From a virus (taxonomy: Duplodnaviria; Caudoviricetes): a DNA stretch of 64,000 nt. Shown here piece after piece: positions 35,391 through 44,539 of the stretch. The DNA lies in the IMG/VR virus record IMGVR_UViG_3300048581_000044, positions 1 to 64,000 of that record. One strand, given 5' to 3'. The stretch's first letter is position 1, and each line of letters opens with the position of its first letter. Under the pieces are notes generated by a model that saw only the letters and a program-made list of their open reading frames with translations, did no database searches and was not told where the DNA came from. The position numbers were made by a program, and so were the translations under genes.

Positions 35391-36308
35391 ATGGCAAACG
35401 CCAAAGACCTTACCACCGCTAACACCTTTCAACGCATTCTCGCAGTCGGCCTTGGCGGCGCAGGCAAGACCTCACAGCTTTTAACGCTTCCAGGAAAAGT
35501 ATTTGGCTATATTTTCGATCCGAGTGCGCTTGCCTCCTTGGCAGGCCACGATATCGAATATGCGCTTTTCCTCCCCGAGGCGGCAGAACTCGACGCCACG
35601 TTGAAAGGCTTTAATAAGAACGCAAGGCCCGACGACAAGCCGAAAGGCGCACGTGAGCCAACTGTTTATTCACGCTGGGTTGAAGACTTGAATCAACGTG
35701 AGAAAGACGGCTTTTTCAAAACAATCGACTGGCTTTATCTCGACTCTCTCACGCTGCTCAAAAGCGCCTTGATGGACCGGCAGCTTTGGATCAATAATCG
35801 CTATGGCTCTATCGAGGACCTTGGTGATTATCGTGTCACAGGCTCTAAGCTTGTCGAGGTTCTCCGTTCCGTCTTTTCTCTCCCAGTCAACATCTTCTGC
35901 ACCGGGCATTTAACATCCTATCAGGACGAAAAGACTAAAAAGATCGAAGTCCAAGTCGATCTCCCCGGCAAAGCGCGTTTAATGCTTCCCTTGTTGTGCT
36001 CAAACATCTGGGAATTCCGCGCCACCACTGAAGATGAAGAGCGTTACAACATGCTAACCCGCCCGGAAGTCCGAGGCTTCCAGAGCATCCGTTCTTCTAT
36101 TAAAGACCTCCCTCCCGTCATCGACGTGACGATCAAGGACTTCTCTCATCCCGGCGACTACGGCGTCGGTGCAATTCTCGCCGGAAAAATAACCAAAGGC
36201 ATGGCTCTTTCCGGCAATTCCAAGCCAGAACGCCCAGCCTTAAAAAAGCTCCAAACTCTCCCTGCTAGCGATTCGAGTGCCGCCAGCAAAGAGCCCTCCG
36301 CGTCCTAA
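35391..36308 (+). CDS. AAA_24/Sak4-like RecA-fold ATPase
   Basis: VGLGGAGKT, YLDSLT, TGH. Confidence 0.8.
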   Translation: MANAKDLTTANTFQRILAVGLGGAGKTSQLLTLPGKVFGYIFDPSALASLAGHDIEYALFLPEAAELDATLKGFNKNARPDDKPKGAREPTVYSRWVEDLNQREKDGFFKTIDWLYLDSLTLLKSALMDRQLWINNRYGSIEDLGDYRVTGSKLVEVLRSVFSLPVNIFCTGHLTSYQDEKTKKIEVQVDLPGKARLMLPLLCSNIWEFRATTEDEERYNMLTRPEVRGFQSIRSSIKDLPPVIDVTIKDFSHPGDYGVGAILAGKITKGMALSGNSKPERPALKKLQTLPASDSSAASKEPSAS

Positions 36309-36338
36309 CCGCACTCACTCAATCAGGAGACTCAATTC

Positions 36339-36749
36339 ATGCCTCTTATCCGTGACGACGAAAACTATGCCGATTTGGAAGACAAGACGATTTCCAAGGA
36401 AGGCGAATATCCGCTCCGTATCATCAAGGGCGAATACAAGGCGACCAAGGCCGGTGACAACCACATGATCGTGGCGACTCTCTCGGTCGAGGGCGAGGAA
36501 GGCGAAGGTGTTGCGCCGTTCCAGCATTACATGACTGTCCCGTCTGCCGATGGCAAAGGCCAGTATGACCGTATGCGCAAGCGTGATCTCGTGCGCTTCT
36601 TGGTCAAGTTTGGCGTTGATCCCAAGGCGTTTGATCCCGAAGAAGACGCGCCTCAGCTCGCCGGTCTGACAGCTACGGTGCTCGTGAAGCTCGAAAAGGG
36701 CGACGATGACGAGTTTTACCCGCGTCTGCGCCTGCCGCGCATCGCTTAA
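36339..36749 (+). CDS. DUF669-like single-stranded DNA-binding protein
   Basis: EGEYPLRIIK...KAGDNHMIV; follows the AAA_24 gene; strong RBS. Confidence 0.65.
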   Translation: MPLIRDDENYADLEDKTISKEGEYPLRIIKGEYKATKAGDNHMIVATLSVEGEEGEGVAPFQHYMTVPSADGKGQYDRMRKRDLVRFLVKFGVDPKAFDPEEDAPQLAGLTATVLVKLEKGDDDEFYPRLRLPRIA

Positions 36750-36773
36750 TCGGCGGTTTGCGGAAGGCTTTTT

Positions 36774-36825
36774 AGGGCGTCAGGGGTTTTGTGTTTGTAC
36801 ATGTTCCTCTGACGCTCTTTCTTCC
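36774..36825 (+). terminator. Hairpin terminator after the SSB gene
   Basis: AGGGCGTCAGGGG/CCTCTGACGCTCT followed by a T-rich tail. Confidence 0.55.
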
Positions 36826-36845
36826 TCCTTGGAGATCAGTTCCTC

Positions 36846-37076
36846 ATGCCAAAAGCTCTTATTTCCCGTGGCCGCGAGAAAAAGCCCATCTTAGGCAAGA
36901 ACGGCCGAGTTTTAACCGTTAAGCATCTGGCCGAAAAGGATTATCAGACTATCCACCAGTTGCCACACGGCTTTAGGCAAAAAGTCCTAAAGGCTCTTCT
37001 CGCCTGTGCGACACAGCGGTCTAAGCGTTACGGCCCCGGCTGGCACCTGAAGCTCTTGTCACAGAAGACGCTCTAA
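36846..37076 (+). CDS. Small basic protein
   Basis: ORF track entry. Confidence 0.5.
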   Translation: MPKALISRGREKKPILGKNGRVLTVKHLAEKDYQTIHQLPHGFRQKVLKALLACATQRSKRYGPGWHLKLLSQKTL

Positions 37077-37077
37077 C

Positions 37078-37656
37078 ATGGCAATCGTGCGACTGCCTCC
37101 CAAAATCGCGCCTGTCGTCGCTTCTAAGGCAGTCTCAGCGCCCACACGTTCTTTAGTTCTCCTCTCTAAGCCAGCCGCGTCTTCCCCACCTGTAGCCGCA
37201 CCTGTAGCAGCCTCTGAGACGTCTCAGCCCGCCCCTCTTCCTCCCCCGGCTCCCACTCCCGTCTCTGTCCCTCAACCGCCGCCAGCCGCTTCCGCTGCTC
37301 CTTCTGGCCCAGAAATCACGGCCGCAGCGGCTAAGAAGCTGGCCCAGATCGGCGGGGACTTCCTAGCCCTCTCTCCCGAAGCAGCCTTAGCAGCTGTCTT
37401 GGAAACACGAGAACGCCGCAGCCAGCGGCAGGTGACGATCTCGGCTACCAAGCGCAAAGCACCTAAGCCTCCCAAGGCGCTTAAATCGATCAAGGTTCCT
37501 AAAGAGCCTAAGCTGCCCAAAGCGCCAAAAGTCCCCAAGGTTCCAAAGCCCAAAAAGCGAAAAGGAAAAATCGATGAAACAAGCGAAGAAAGTCACAGTG
37601 ACACGTCGAGTAATTCGGTCGAAGCGTTCGGCGAAGAAGGTATTTCACAAGAATGA
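37078..37656 (+). CDS. Pro/Ala/Lys-rich, histone-H1-like disordered protein
   Basis: KAPKPPKALK...PKVPKVPKPKKRK. Confidence 0.55.
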   Translation: MAIVRLPPKIAPVVASKAVSAPTRSLVLLSKPAASSPPVAAPVAASETSQPAPLPPPAPTPVSVPQPPPAASAAPSGPEITAAAAKKLAQIGGDFLALSPEAALAAVLETRERRSQRQVTISATKRKAPKPPKALKSIKVPKEPKLPKAPKVPKVPKPKKRKGKIDETSEESHSDTSSNSVEAFGEEGISQE

Positions 37657-38110
37657 AGAGAAGGCTTTTTTTGAAGAAGCTCTTCAACATGTAGCACGTT
37701 CCCAAGCTGCGCTAGCCGCAAATTCTGAATCGAACAATGAGCCTGCAACACCTATAGCTATTACGCTTCCGCGTGAACAGCTCATTGCCTCCGCCAAAGA
37801 ACTCATCTGCACCGACCGCAATTACTCCTACGGCGATCCGATGGAGAACTTTGGCGTCGTAGCAGCGTTGAAGGCTACTTTCTGGAGGGCCATACAGCGT
37901 TCAAAAAACACAGCCCTTGTTGAATGGCGTCCGGCAATCCATTCGCAAAATAGCGCCTTCGGTCACGCTATCGACATGATCCTCCTCAACCTCGCGCGTC
38001 TCGCTACCTCTCCTAAGAGCGTCTACGAGAAAGATCGCTTTCTCGACTTGATTGGCTATTCCGCCCTAGCTGGAGAAATCGTTGAGCGTGTCCGCGCCGA
38101 AAAGCCCTAA
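37574..38110 (+). CDS. DUF6378-like protein
   Basis: DRNYSYGDPMENF...MILLNLAR...DLIGYSAL. Confidence 0.75.
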   Translation: MKQAKKVTVTRRVIRSKRSAKKVFHKNEEKAFFEEALQHVARSQAALAANSESNNEPATPIAITLPREQLIASAKELICTDRNYSYGDPMENFGVVAALKATFWRAIQRSKNTALVEWRPAIHSQNSAFGHAIDMILLNLARLATSPKSVYEKDRFLDLIGYSALAGEIVERVRAEKP

Positions 38111-38115
38111 CTACA

Positions 38116-38487
38116 ATGAACATCCCACATGTCAAAATCGAGCGTCGTGTCTTCCACCCGATCAACGCCTGCCCTCCACCCTTCCCTCAAGCCCATCCGC
38201 TTGTGCATTTCATTTATGTCCAAATGCTCAACGAGCGGATGTCACGAGCCGAGGTAGCGCGTAGGGCAGGCTTAGCCGTCGCTACAATGATTTCTTGGTG
38301 GAAGGCGCCAAACAAAAAAGGAAAAGGCGGCATTGCGATCCAAAATCTCGAAGCCGCCCTTGGCGTGTTTGGTTACGCTTTAAAACCCACCCCGCTCCAA
38401 GATCAAACCATCGCTCCGCCTAAGCGCAAGCGCAAAACCGGTCCTCAAAAGAATTTCACGCTTATCCCTTTGGAGAAGCTTCCTTGA
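38116..38487 (+). CDS. XRE-type HTH protein
   Basis: MSRAEVARRAGLAVATMISWW...NLEAALGVFG. Confidence 0.7.
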   Translation: MNIPHVKIERRVFHPINACPPPFPQAHPLVHFIYVQMLNERMSRAEVARRAGLAVATMISWWKAPNKKGKGGIAIQNLEAALGVFGYALKPTPLQDQTIAPPKRKRKTGPQKNFTLIPLEKLP

Positions 38488-40250
38488 CAACCGAATACGA
38501 AGACGGCTCAGACGATGCGCCTATTTGTCTCTTGGGAGAAGCACCGTCTTTTGTCGAGATGAAAGAGCACAAGCCCTTTGTCGGCCCGGCTGGTGAAATC
38601 CTCGAACGTTGTATGCACTCAGCTGGAATCCCTCGACGTAACTGTCGAATCCTAAACGTCTTCGAAACCCCAATCGTCAAGCCGAAAATCTCCAAAGGCA
38701 AAATCTTCAACCGTGACGGGGAGCTTCTCTGGGCTCCTGGCAAAGGCTTTACCGAAGCAGGCCACGCTGCCACAGCTTCCTCTCTCATGCGCCTTCGTCG
38801 CACGACTTCTAACGTTATCGTCCCTATGGGTGGGGTTGCCTTAACCCTCGCTCTCGAAGCGCGTTCGATTACAAAATGGCGTGGCTCAATTATCCCAGGC
38901 GGTGAGCAAATCAACCACCGCAAGATTGTCCCTACAATCCACCCTTCTGCTGTCCTGCAAGGCAAATATGAATACCGCTATCTCATTATCAACGACCTCA
39001 AGCGCGCCAAGCGTGAGAGCGCTTATCCTGACATCCGCCCGATCAAGCGCAATTTAATCATCGATCCCACTTATGAGCAGTGCATTTCTTTTCTCGAAAA
39101 ATGTCTAGACGCCAAGCTTGTCAACACCGACATTGAGCTTCTTCATGGGCACATGGATTGCTTCTCTCTCGCTATCGATCCCTTAGAAGCCATCTCAATC
39201 CCAATCGTCGATGCGACGTTTGAAAGCCGCTGGAGCCCAGAAGAAGAGCTTAAAATCTTCCAACTCTACGCTCAGATCATCGGCGCACCCCATATTGCTA
39301 AGGTTAACCAAAACATCACCTTCGATTTAGCGACTCTCCTTCAGCTTTACAGAATCGTCCCTCGTGGTGTTGTCCATGATCCTATGGTCGCACATTCGAT
39401 TATGTATACGACTTTGGATAAAAGCCTGGGGCTGATTTGTTCTATGCACGCCGAAGAGCCTTATTACAAGGACGACGGGCAGCTTCACGACTCCCCAACC
39501 GTGGCGGATTTTACCCGTCGCTGGGAATACAATGCGAAAGACTCTGCGATCTCGTTAGAAAGCTGGCTTGCCTTAGAACCCTCTATCGATCCAGAAGGCT
39601 ATCGTGCTACCTACGACATGACGATAAACGTTGTTTCATCGCTTATTTACATGATGGCGCATGGGATTCCTGTTAACGCTAAGGCTCTGATCGCTACACG
39701 CGAGGAAGCAAACGCACAACTAATCGCAATTGTTGAGCGCTTGAGAAAGAGCTTTAACCGACCGATTCTCACAGAGGCCCCTAAACGTGCGGCTGATAAG
39801 CGTGCGGCTATTGCGGCTAACGCTATCAACATCAACTCTCCCGCACAGCTTTGCGCTTATTTCTATGGTGAAAAAGGCTTGCGTCCTTATAAAAACATGG
39901 CAGGCGCCCCAACTGTTGATGACAAGGCACTCACGCGAATCGCTTCACGCTTCAGCTTGGAAGAAGCTCGAACACTCCAAGAATATCGCAAGATCGATAA
40001 GATCATCTCGACTTATTTGAACGTCCGCTATGACGTGGATGGAAAGCTAAGAAGCTCGTTTAATATCCGGGGAGCTTGGACAGGGCGGTTAAGTTCGTCG
40101 CAGACTGTGTTTGAGACAGGCTTGAACTTCCAAAACCTCCCGATTGTGTTCCGGCAATTTATGGAGGGGGAGGGTGTTGAGGCACATCCGCATTTGGAAG
40201 AAATTATGAAAATCCCTGAAAGCCAACTCGAATGGAATCCCGAACCATGA
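38484..40250 (+). CDS. polA: Family A DNA polymerase N-terminal half: UDG-like domain + 3'-5' exonuclease + thumb
   Basis: UDG: GEAPS, FVGPAG, HPS. Exo: NTDIE, NQNITFD, YNAKD. Ends GRLSSS...NFQNLP before motif A. Confidence 0.9.
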   Translation: MTTEYEDGSDDAPICLLGEAPSFVEMKEHKPFVGPAGEILERCMHSAGIPRRNCRILNVFETPIVKPKISKGKIFNRDGELLWAPGKGFTEAGHAATASSLMRLRRTTSNVIVPMGGVALTLALEARSITKWRGSIIPGGEQINHRKIVPTIHPSAVLQGKYEYRYLIINDLKRAKRESAYPDIRPIKRNLIIDPTYEQCISFLEKCLDAKLVNTDIELLHGHMDCFSLAIDPLEAISIPIVDATFESRWSPEEELKIFQLYAQIIGAPHIAKVNQNITFDLATLLQLYRIVPRGVVHDPMVAHSIMYTTLDKSLGLICSMHAEEPYYKDDGQLHDSPTVADFTRRWEYNAKDSAISLESWLALEPSIDPEGYRATYDMTINVVSSLIYMMAHGIPVNAKALIATREEANAQLIAIVERLRKSFNRPILTEAPKRAADKRAAIAANAININSPAQLCAYFYGEKGLRPYKNMAGAPTVDDKALTRIASRFSLEEARTLQEYRKIDKIISTYLNVRYDVDGKLRSSFNIRGAWTGRLSSSQTVFETGLNFQNLPIVFRQFMEGEGVEAHPHLEEIMKIPESQLEWNPEP

Positions 40251-40534
40251 AAACCTTTCTTATCTCTGCCCTAACTTGCTTCCCAAGCTTCAACTCCCCT
40301 ACCGAAGATATGGGCCATCGTGCAGCAATCGTTGCAGCAAATTCGCAACAAGAAGCTATCGGGATTTTTGTGCTGGATGCTTTTAAAAGCAGCCCCTGTG
40401 CAATCACTGATGTGAACGCTTCCGAGCTTGGGGATGACGGTGTTCCGGGCTTTAAGCGCGTTGTGGAAGAAGTTATGAAGCCTATCCCCCTTGAAGACGC
40501 GCATGGAGAGCTGCCAGCCGAAAGCCATTCCTAA
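40247..40534 (+). CDS. Small hypothetical protein inside the split polymerase
   Basis: ATGA overlap with the Pol-N stop; TAATG overlap with the next gene. Confidence 0.6.
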   Translation: MKTFLISALTCFPSFNSPTEDMGHRAAIVAANSQQEAIGIFVLDAFKSSPCAITDVNASELGDDGVPGFKRVVEEVMKPIPLEDAHGELPAESHS

Positions 40535-41112
40535 TGCACGACACAGCGCGCGAACTCGGCAAGCTCTTCCTCAGCCTCTACCATTCCCCCTCTTGTACAA
40601 CCATCCTCGACTTTGGCGCCATGAACATCAACGGCACCTTGCGCGACTACTGCCCACCCGGCGTGACCTATCTTGGCGTTGATCTCTCCCCCGGCCCGGA
40701 CGTTGATCTAACGCTCGACGCCTTCAATTCCCTCCGCTACCCTTCCACCCGCTACGACCTCATCCTCGCAACTTCCGTCTTTGAGCACGACGCCCTTTTC
40801 TGGAACACCTTTACCGAACTCTGTTCCCTCCTCTCGCTCCAGGGCGCCCTTTATCTCAACGTCCCCTCAGACGGCAAAGTCCACCGCCACCCGCTTGACT
40901 GCTGGCGCTTCTACCCTGACGCGGGCTTGGCGCTTCAGCGTTGGAGCGTGCTTGCAGGCTGTCCTGTGAGGCTTATTGAGAGCTTTGTTGCGAATCAAGG
41001 AGGCGAGGGCTGGAGCGATTTTGTTGCTGTCTTTTCCCCTAGCGCGCTGATGCCTAGATTGGCGAACGCTTATGGCATGAGAAATCTAACACATTACCAA
41101 ACTGGACAATGA
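40534..41112 (+). CDS. Class I SAM-dependent methyltransferase (type-11/sugar-cluster-like)
   Basis: ILDFGAMNINGTLR, GVDL..GPDVD, SVFEH, HRHPLDCWRFYPD. Confidence 0.85.
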   Translation: MHDTARELGKLFLSLYHSPSCTTILDFGAMNINGTLRDYCPPGVTYLGVDLSPGPDVDLTLDAFNSLRYPSTRYDLILATSVFEHDALFWNTFTELCSLLSLQGALYLNVPSDGKVHRHPLDCWRFYPDAGLALQRWSVLAGCPVRLIESFVANQGGEGWSDFVAVFSPSALMPRLANAYGMRNLTHYQTGQ

Positions 41113-41115
41113 TTC

Positions 41116-43005
41116 ATGCTTCTTAACTTTGACCTTTCGGGTGCCGAGTGGAACGTGGTCGCTTATCTTTCCCAAGACCCAGGGATGCAAGCTGTTGTGC
41201 GCTCTGGGAAGTCTCCCCACATTGTCACGGGGGCCAAGATCAGCGGGCTACCTGAAGACGTTGTAAAGAAAGAAGCGTCAATTATCGGCGACCTGAATGA
41301 CCCAATTCATATCTCAGAGCTTCGGCAGACAGAGCTTAAAGGACTTTTGGACGGTGCTAAGTTCCTGCCGCGCACGATGTCTATTCGTCAAGCCGGTAAG
41401 AAGTGCCTTGTAGCTGGAACAGAAGTTCTCACACCTGAAGGTTGGGTAAAGATAGAGGATGTAAAGCAAGGCGATAAAGTCCTACAATGGGATGCTGGAG
41501 AGCTTAGCTTTGTAGAGACAAGCGCTATTTATAAATATGCTCTAGCTCCAGCTGAGGAGCTTATAGCTTTAAAAGGCCGACATTTTAGCCAGACTGTGAC
41601 AGCAAACCACCGCTTGCCACTAAAGCATTTGAAAAAATACTTCTTCGAAGAATGTACCGCCGCCACACTGCCTGAAAACTGTACGTATGGCATACCGTTA
41701 TCTGGAAACCTAAACAATAAAACAAGCCTATTAAACGCCTACGAGACACGCTTACTTGTCGCTATTCAAGCAGACGGCGTTATCAACCCCTACGGACAGG
41801 TAGTGTTCAAATTTGCAAAGGAAAGAAAACGCGATAGGCTTGATAGTATTTTAAGCGCTCTCGGAATCAGCGTAACGATCACTAAGGGAAACCAGTTTCA
41901 CATCCCACGCGGTCCTATAATTGACAAGCTTGTGAAGTTGCTAACAGGTGGTTTTGTCTACGAACGTCAGGAACGCCACGCTGTAAAAACCCTTCGTCAT
42001 GGAGCGCTTTTAAAAAATTACGGCCTTTATCTTTTACAGCTTGGTATTACAGAACTACAAGCTTTTGTTAATGAGCAACAATTCTGGGACGGGCACAACC
42101 GAAATGGTGGTGCTTGCTTTCAGGCTTTTACGACAAACAAGAACAACGCTGACTGGATACAGACCATAAGTCATCTGTGTGGGTGTCGTTGTACTTTAAT
42201 AAGTCGCGAACCAACTGGGGGATTTGGAAAAAAGACTCTTCATTGGTTGAGCATTGGAAAGGCTGACACTACCACAACCTCAGTGCTAAAACGTAGTAGC
42301 GTAAAGGCCGATAGCGTTTACTGTTTGACAGTTCCAAGTGGATTCTTCATGGTTAGATATGAAAGTATCATAAGTATAAGCGGTAATAGCAATCACTCGC
42401 TGAACTACAGACTTGGTTATCGAACATTCGCACAGCGCAATGAAATGGATGAAAAGGAAGCGCAAAAGATCGTAAATCTATACCGCGGTGAACGCATCGG
42501 GTCAACTATCCGCGGTGGTGCCTACCCCGAGCTAAATCACTGGTACGACCGGATCGATGAGCAAATCCGCAAGACCCGTACCATGACAAACTGCTTTGGG
42601 CGGAAGATGTATTTCATGGGCCAAATGGGCGATGATCTCTTTCGAGAAGCCACCGCGGCCGTCCCGCAGTCAACCGTCGTGGATATCACCAATCGTGCGA
42701 TGCCTTTGATGCTTAATGACAGCTCTCCAGCTTTTGAGCCTGCGAAATTGCTCGCACAGGTTCACGATTCAACACTTATCGATTATGTCTCGATGGAATT
42801 TCACGCCATGGCGCGGTTTGTTATAAAAATGGGACTCGATTATCTTAGCCCAACGCTCGATTATGGCGAGCCTTTTAAGCTTGGCGTTGATCTTAAAGCG
42901 GGTGTTAATTGGGGCGAGAGTATGAAAAAGATAGACATGACTCCTGATGAAGATGTCATGGCTGAACGCTTAAAACTATGTTGGAAAGCTTTTAGCCTCA
43001 TGTGA
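41116..43005 (+). CDS. polA: Family A DNA polymerase C-terminal half (motifs A, B, C), intein-containing
   Basis: Motif A NFDLSGAE; spliced motif B RQAGKK|SNHSLNY; motif C QVHDS. Confidence 0.92.
   Translation: MLLNFDLSGAEWNVVAYLSQDPGMQAVVRSGKSPHIVTGAKISGLPEDVVKKEASIIGDLNDPIHISELRQTELKGLLDGAKFLPRTMSIRQAGKKCLVAGTEVLTPEGWVKIEDVKQGDKVLQWDAGELSFVETSAIYKYALAPAEELIALKGRHFSQTVTANHRLPLKHLKKYFFEECTAATLPENCTYGIPLSGNLNNKTSLLNAYETRLLVAIQADGVINPYGQVVFKFAKERKRDRLDSILSALGISVTITKGNQFHIPRGPIIDKLVKLLTGGFVYERQERHAVKTLRHGALLKNYGLYLLQLGITELQAFVNEQQFWDGHNRNGGACFQAFTTNKNNADWIQTISHLCGCRCTLISREPTGGFGKKTLHWLSIGKADTTTTSVLKRSSVKADSVYCLTVPSGFFMVRYESIISISGNSNHSLNYRLGYRTFAQRNEMDEKEAQKIVNLYRGERIGSTIRGGAYPELNHWYDRIDEQIRKTRTMTNCFGRKMYFMGQMGDDLFREATAAVPQSTVVDITNRAMPLMLNDSSPAFEPAKLLAQVHDSTLIDYVSMEFHAMARFVIKMGLDYLSPTLDYGEPFKLGVDLKAGVNWGESMKKIDMTPDEDVMAERLKLCWKAFSLM
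41404..42387 (+). mobile_element. 328-aa intein with LAGLIDADG homing endonuclease
   Basis: CLVAGTEVLTPEG...VTANH...LLVAIQADG...FWDG...YCLTVPSGFFMVR...ISGN|S. Confidence 0.9.
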
Positions 43006-43251
43006 TAGCATCTGTCACCGCCTCAAGCAGCCATTTCGTTTCGATTCGGTTGGCGCTGGCGTTGATCTGGAGAAAGGAACTGAGGGATGATCCTGGGTCA
43101 CTCATGTCATTTTCCTTCCGGTTGCGGCGCGCTCGCCAGAGCGGTCACAAACTCCTGCGCCCTGGATACCATGTCACCGACGCTGCTCATGACTTACCTC
43201 TACGTTTGTACTGCGAATATGGCTGAGGGCAACCCCCGAACAGCGCATCCA

Positions 43252-43518
43252 CTATTGCTTTTTTACAGGTTCCTGGTCAGATATTTGAGCACTGTATTGC
43301 GCCATTAGTTCAGTGTATAGATTCGTAATACCAGCCCGATTCGCGTCGGCAAGGGTGATCCTACCCACACCGTCGAGAATAATAGCAGCATCAGATCGTT
43401 TCATTTTCAGTGTAATGACCTGATCGGCTCTTGGACGCGGTTGTGGAACAAGTATATCGGCAGAAAATGCAGGTACTATGACCATCAGTATGAAGGCCAC
43501 GCAATACGCTTTTTTCAT
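43252..43518 (-). CDS. Signal-peptide protein resembling small fibre-associated chaperones
   Basis: MKKAYCVAFILMVIVPAFSA-D leader; helical C-terminus ITLKMKRSDAAIILDGVG. Confidence 0.55.
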   Translation of the reverse strand: MKKAYCVAFILMVIVPAFSADILVPQPRPRADQVITLKMKRSDAAIILDGVGRITLADANRAGITNLYTELMAQYSAQISDQEPVKKQ

Positions 43519-43796
43519 TTTGGGCATACCTCTTTCCTGCTTGGTTTCGGAAAATGGGGGAATAGAAAAAACGCGTTATACGCGCGAACTGGCTTGGAGA
43601 GTTTGCATTCCAAAACGATTTTGTACGACCCGTCCGCCGTATAATCTCGGATTTGCACAACCGAAGTTGTCAAATCTGCTGAGATGCTATCAGCAGGCAC
43701 CGCGTAAACCAGACCGGCGCTATGCTGCGGCGGCAGAGTTTCTGCACTTGCGGCAGCGCCCACGATCATTGCCGCAATTACCGCTATGATCCGCAT
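43515..43796 (-). CDS. Small exported protein
   Basis: MRIIAVIAAMIVGAAASA-E leader; 2 Cys. Confidence 0.6.
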   Translation of the reverse strand: MRIIAVIAAMIVGAAASAETLPPQHSAGLVYAVPADSISADLTTSVVQIRDYTADGSYKIVLECKLSKPVRAYNAFFLFPHFPKPSRKEVCPK

Positions 43797-43806
43797 TGAT
43801 GGCCTC

Positions 43807-44538
43807 CTAACAGGTTGTTGTTGTTCCCATATAAACGGCTTTTGTAGTGCCATCTATACAAAGCATATTTTTTCCAGTTCCAGTTGTTATCGTTGGAAAA
43901 TATATCAATTGTGTGGCTTCAATACGAATGGCGGCTGTCCCGTTCGTCCCAAAGACCAGATTTGCCGCTGAAGGTTCGCTGCGGATGAATGCGGGATTTG
44001 TATATTGTGCACTACCTGCCGCGGTGTAGAAATCTACTTCTGCATTATACCCAGAATTTGTTACATCAAGACCAACAATGGTCGCAGCGTTTGGCTTTTT
44101 AATCGTCGCGGCTACCCCAACAATGGGGGCTTCCCCAACGGACAAAGAGGCTAACATCGTATTTGCGTCAGGAGTCCATCGCACAGCAAGGGTCCCGCCG
44201 TTTGCCCCGGTTCCTGAAACAGTACCAGTATTACCTGTGCGTAATTCCACAGTGCTACCGGTACCTGTGCCCGTCCCGCGGGGAAAAGCCACCTGGATAT
44301 TGGTGGCATTAACGTTGGCGGTGCTGCCGCCTGATAGGACATATGGAAATTTCCAAATAATGGTTGTGGGTGGTGCGGTATCGCCAGTCGCATCGGCGTG
44401 AGGTCCGATGTTCCAGGTATTTGGGGACCAAACGGCGCCCACACCTGCCGCCCCGCTGGGTGTGCTACCAAAATATATCTGTGCATTTGCCGGAATAAAT
44501 AGTAGAGCAAAAATTCCGGCCACGAGTGTGCGTTTCAT
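43807..44538 (-). CDS. Fibre-like Gly/Thr-rich protein with signal peptide
   Basis: MKRTLVAGIFALLFIPANA-Q leader; FGTNGTAAIRI fibre-type motif; C-terminal Cys pair. Confidence 0.65.
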   Translation of the reverse strand: MKRTLVAGIFALLFIPANAQIYFGSTPSGAAGVGAVWSPNTWNIGPHADATGDTAPPTTIIWKFPYVLSGGSTANVNATNIQVAFPRGTGTGTGSTVELRTGNTGTVSGTGANGGTLAVRWTPDANTMLASLSVGEAPIVGVAATIKKPNAATIVGLDVTNSGYNAEVDFYTAAGSAQYTNPAFIRSEPSAANLVFGTNGTAAIRIEATQLIYFPTITTGTGKNMLCIDGTTKAVYMGTTTTC

Positions 44539-44539
44539 A

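Noticed and set aside
40150-41116. Group I intron explaining the polA split
   Set aside because: The gap is completely filled by two overlap-coupled ORFs, leaving no room for a ribozyme core.
41101-41118. GGAC quadruplet at the methyltransferase end as the target of the 8-nt-loop tRNA
   Set aside because: A +1 shift at GGA-C leads out of the Pol-C frame, because Pol-C is already in frame with the methyltransferase.
43002-43226. ORF after Pol-C as a real gene
   Set aside because: It has no clear RBS or motif and lies in the convergence zone of two operons, so it was not listed as a feature.
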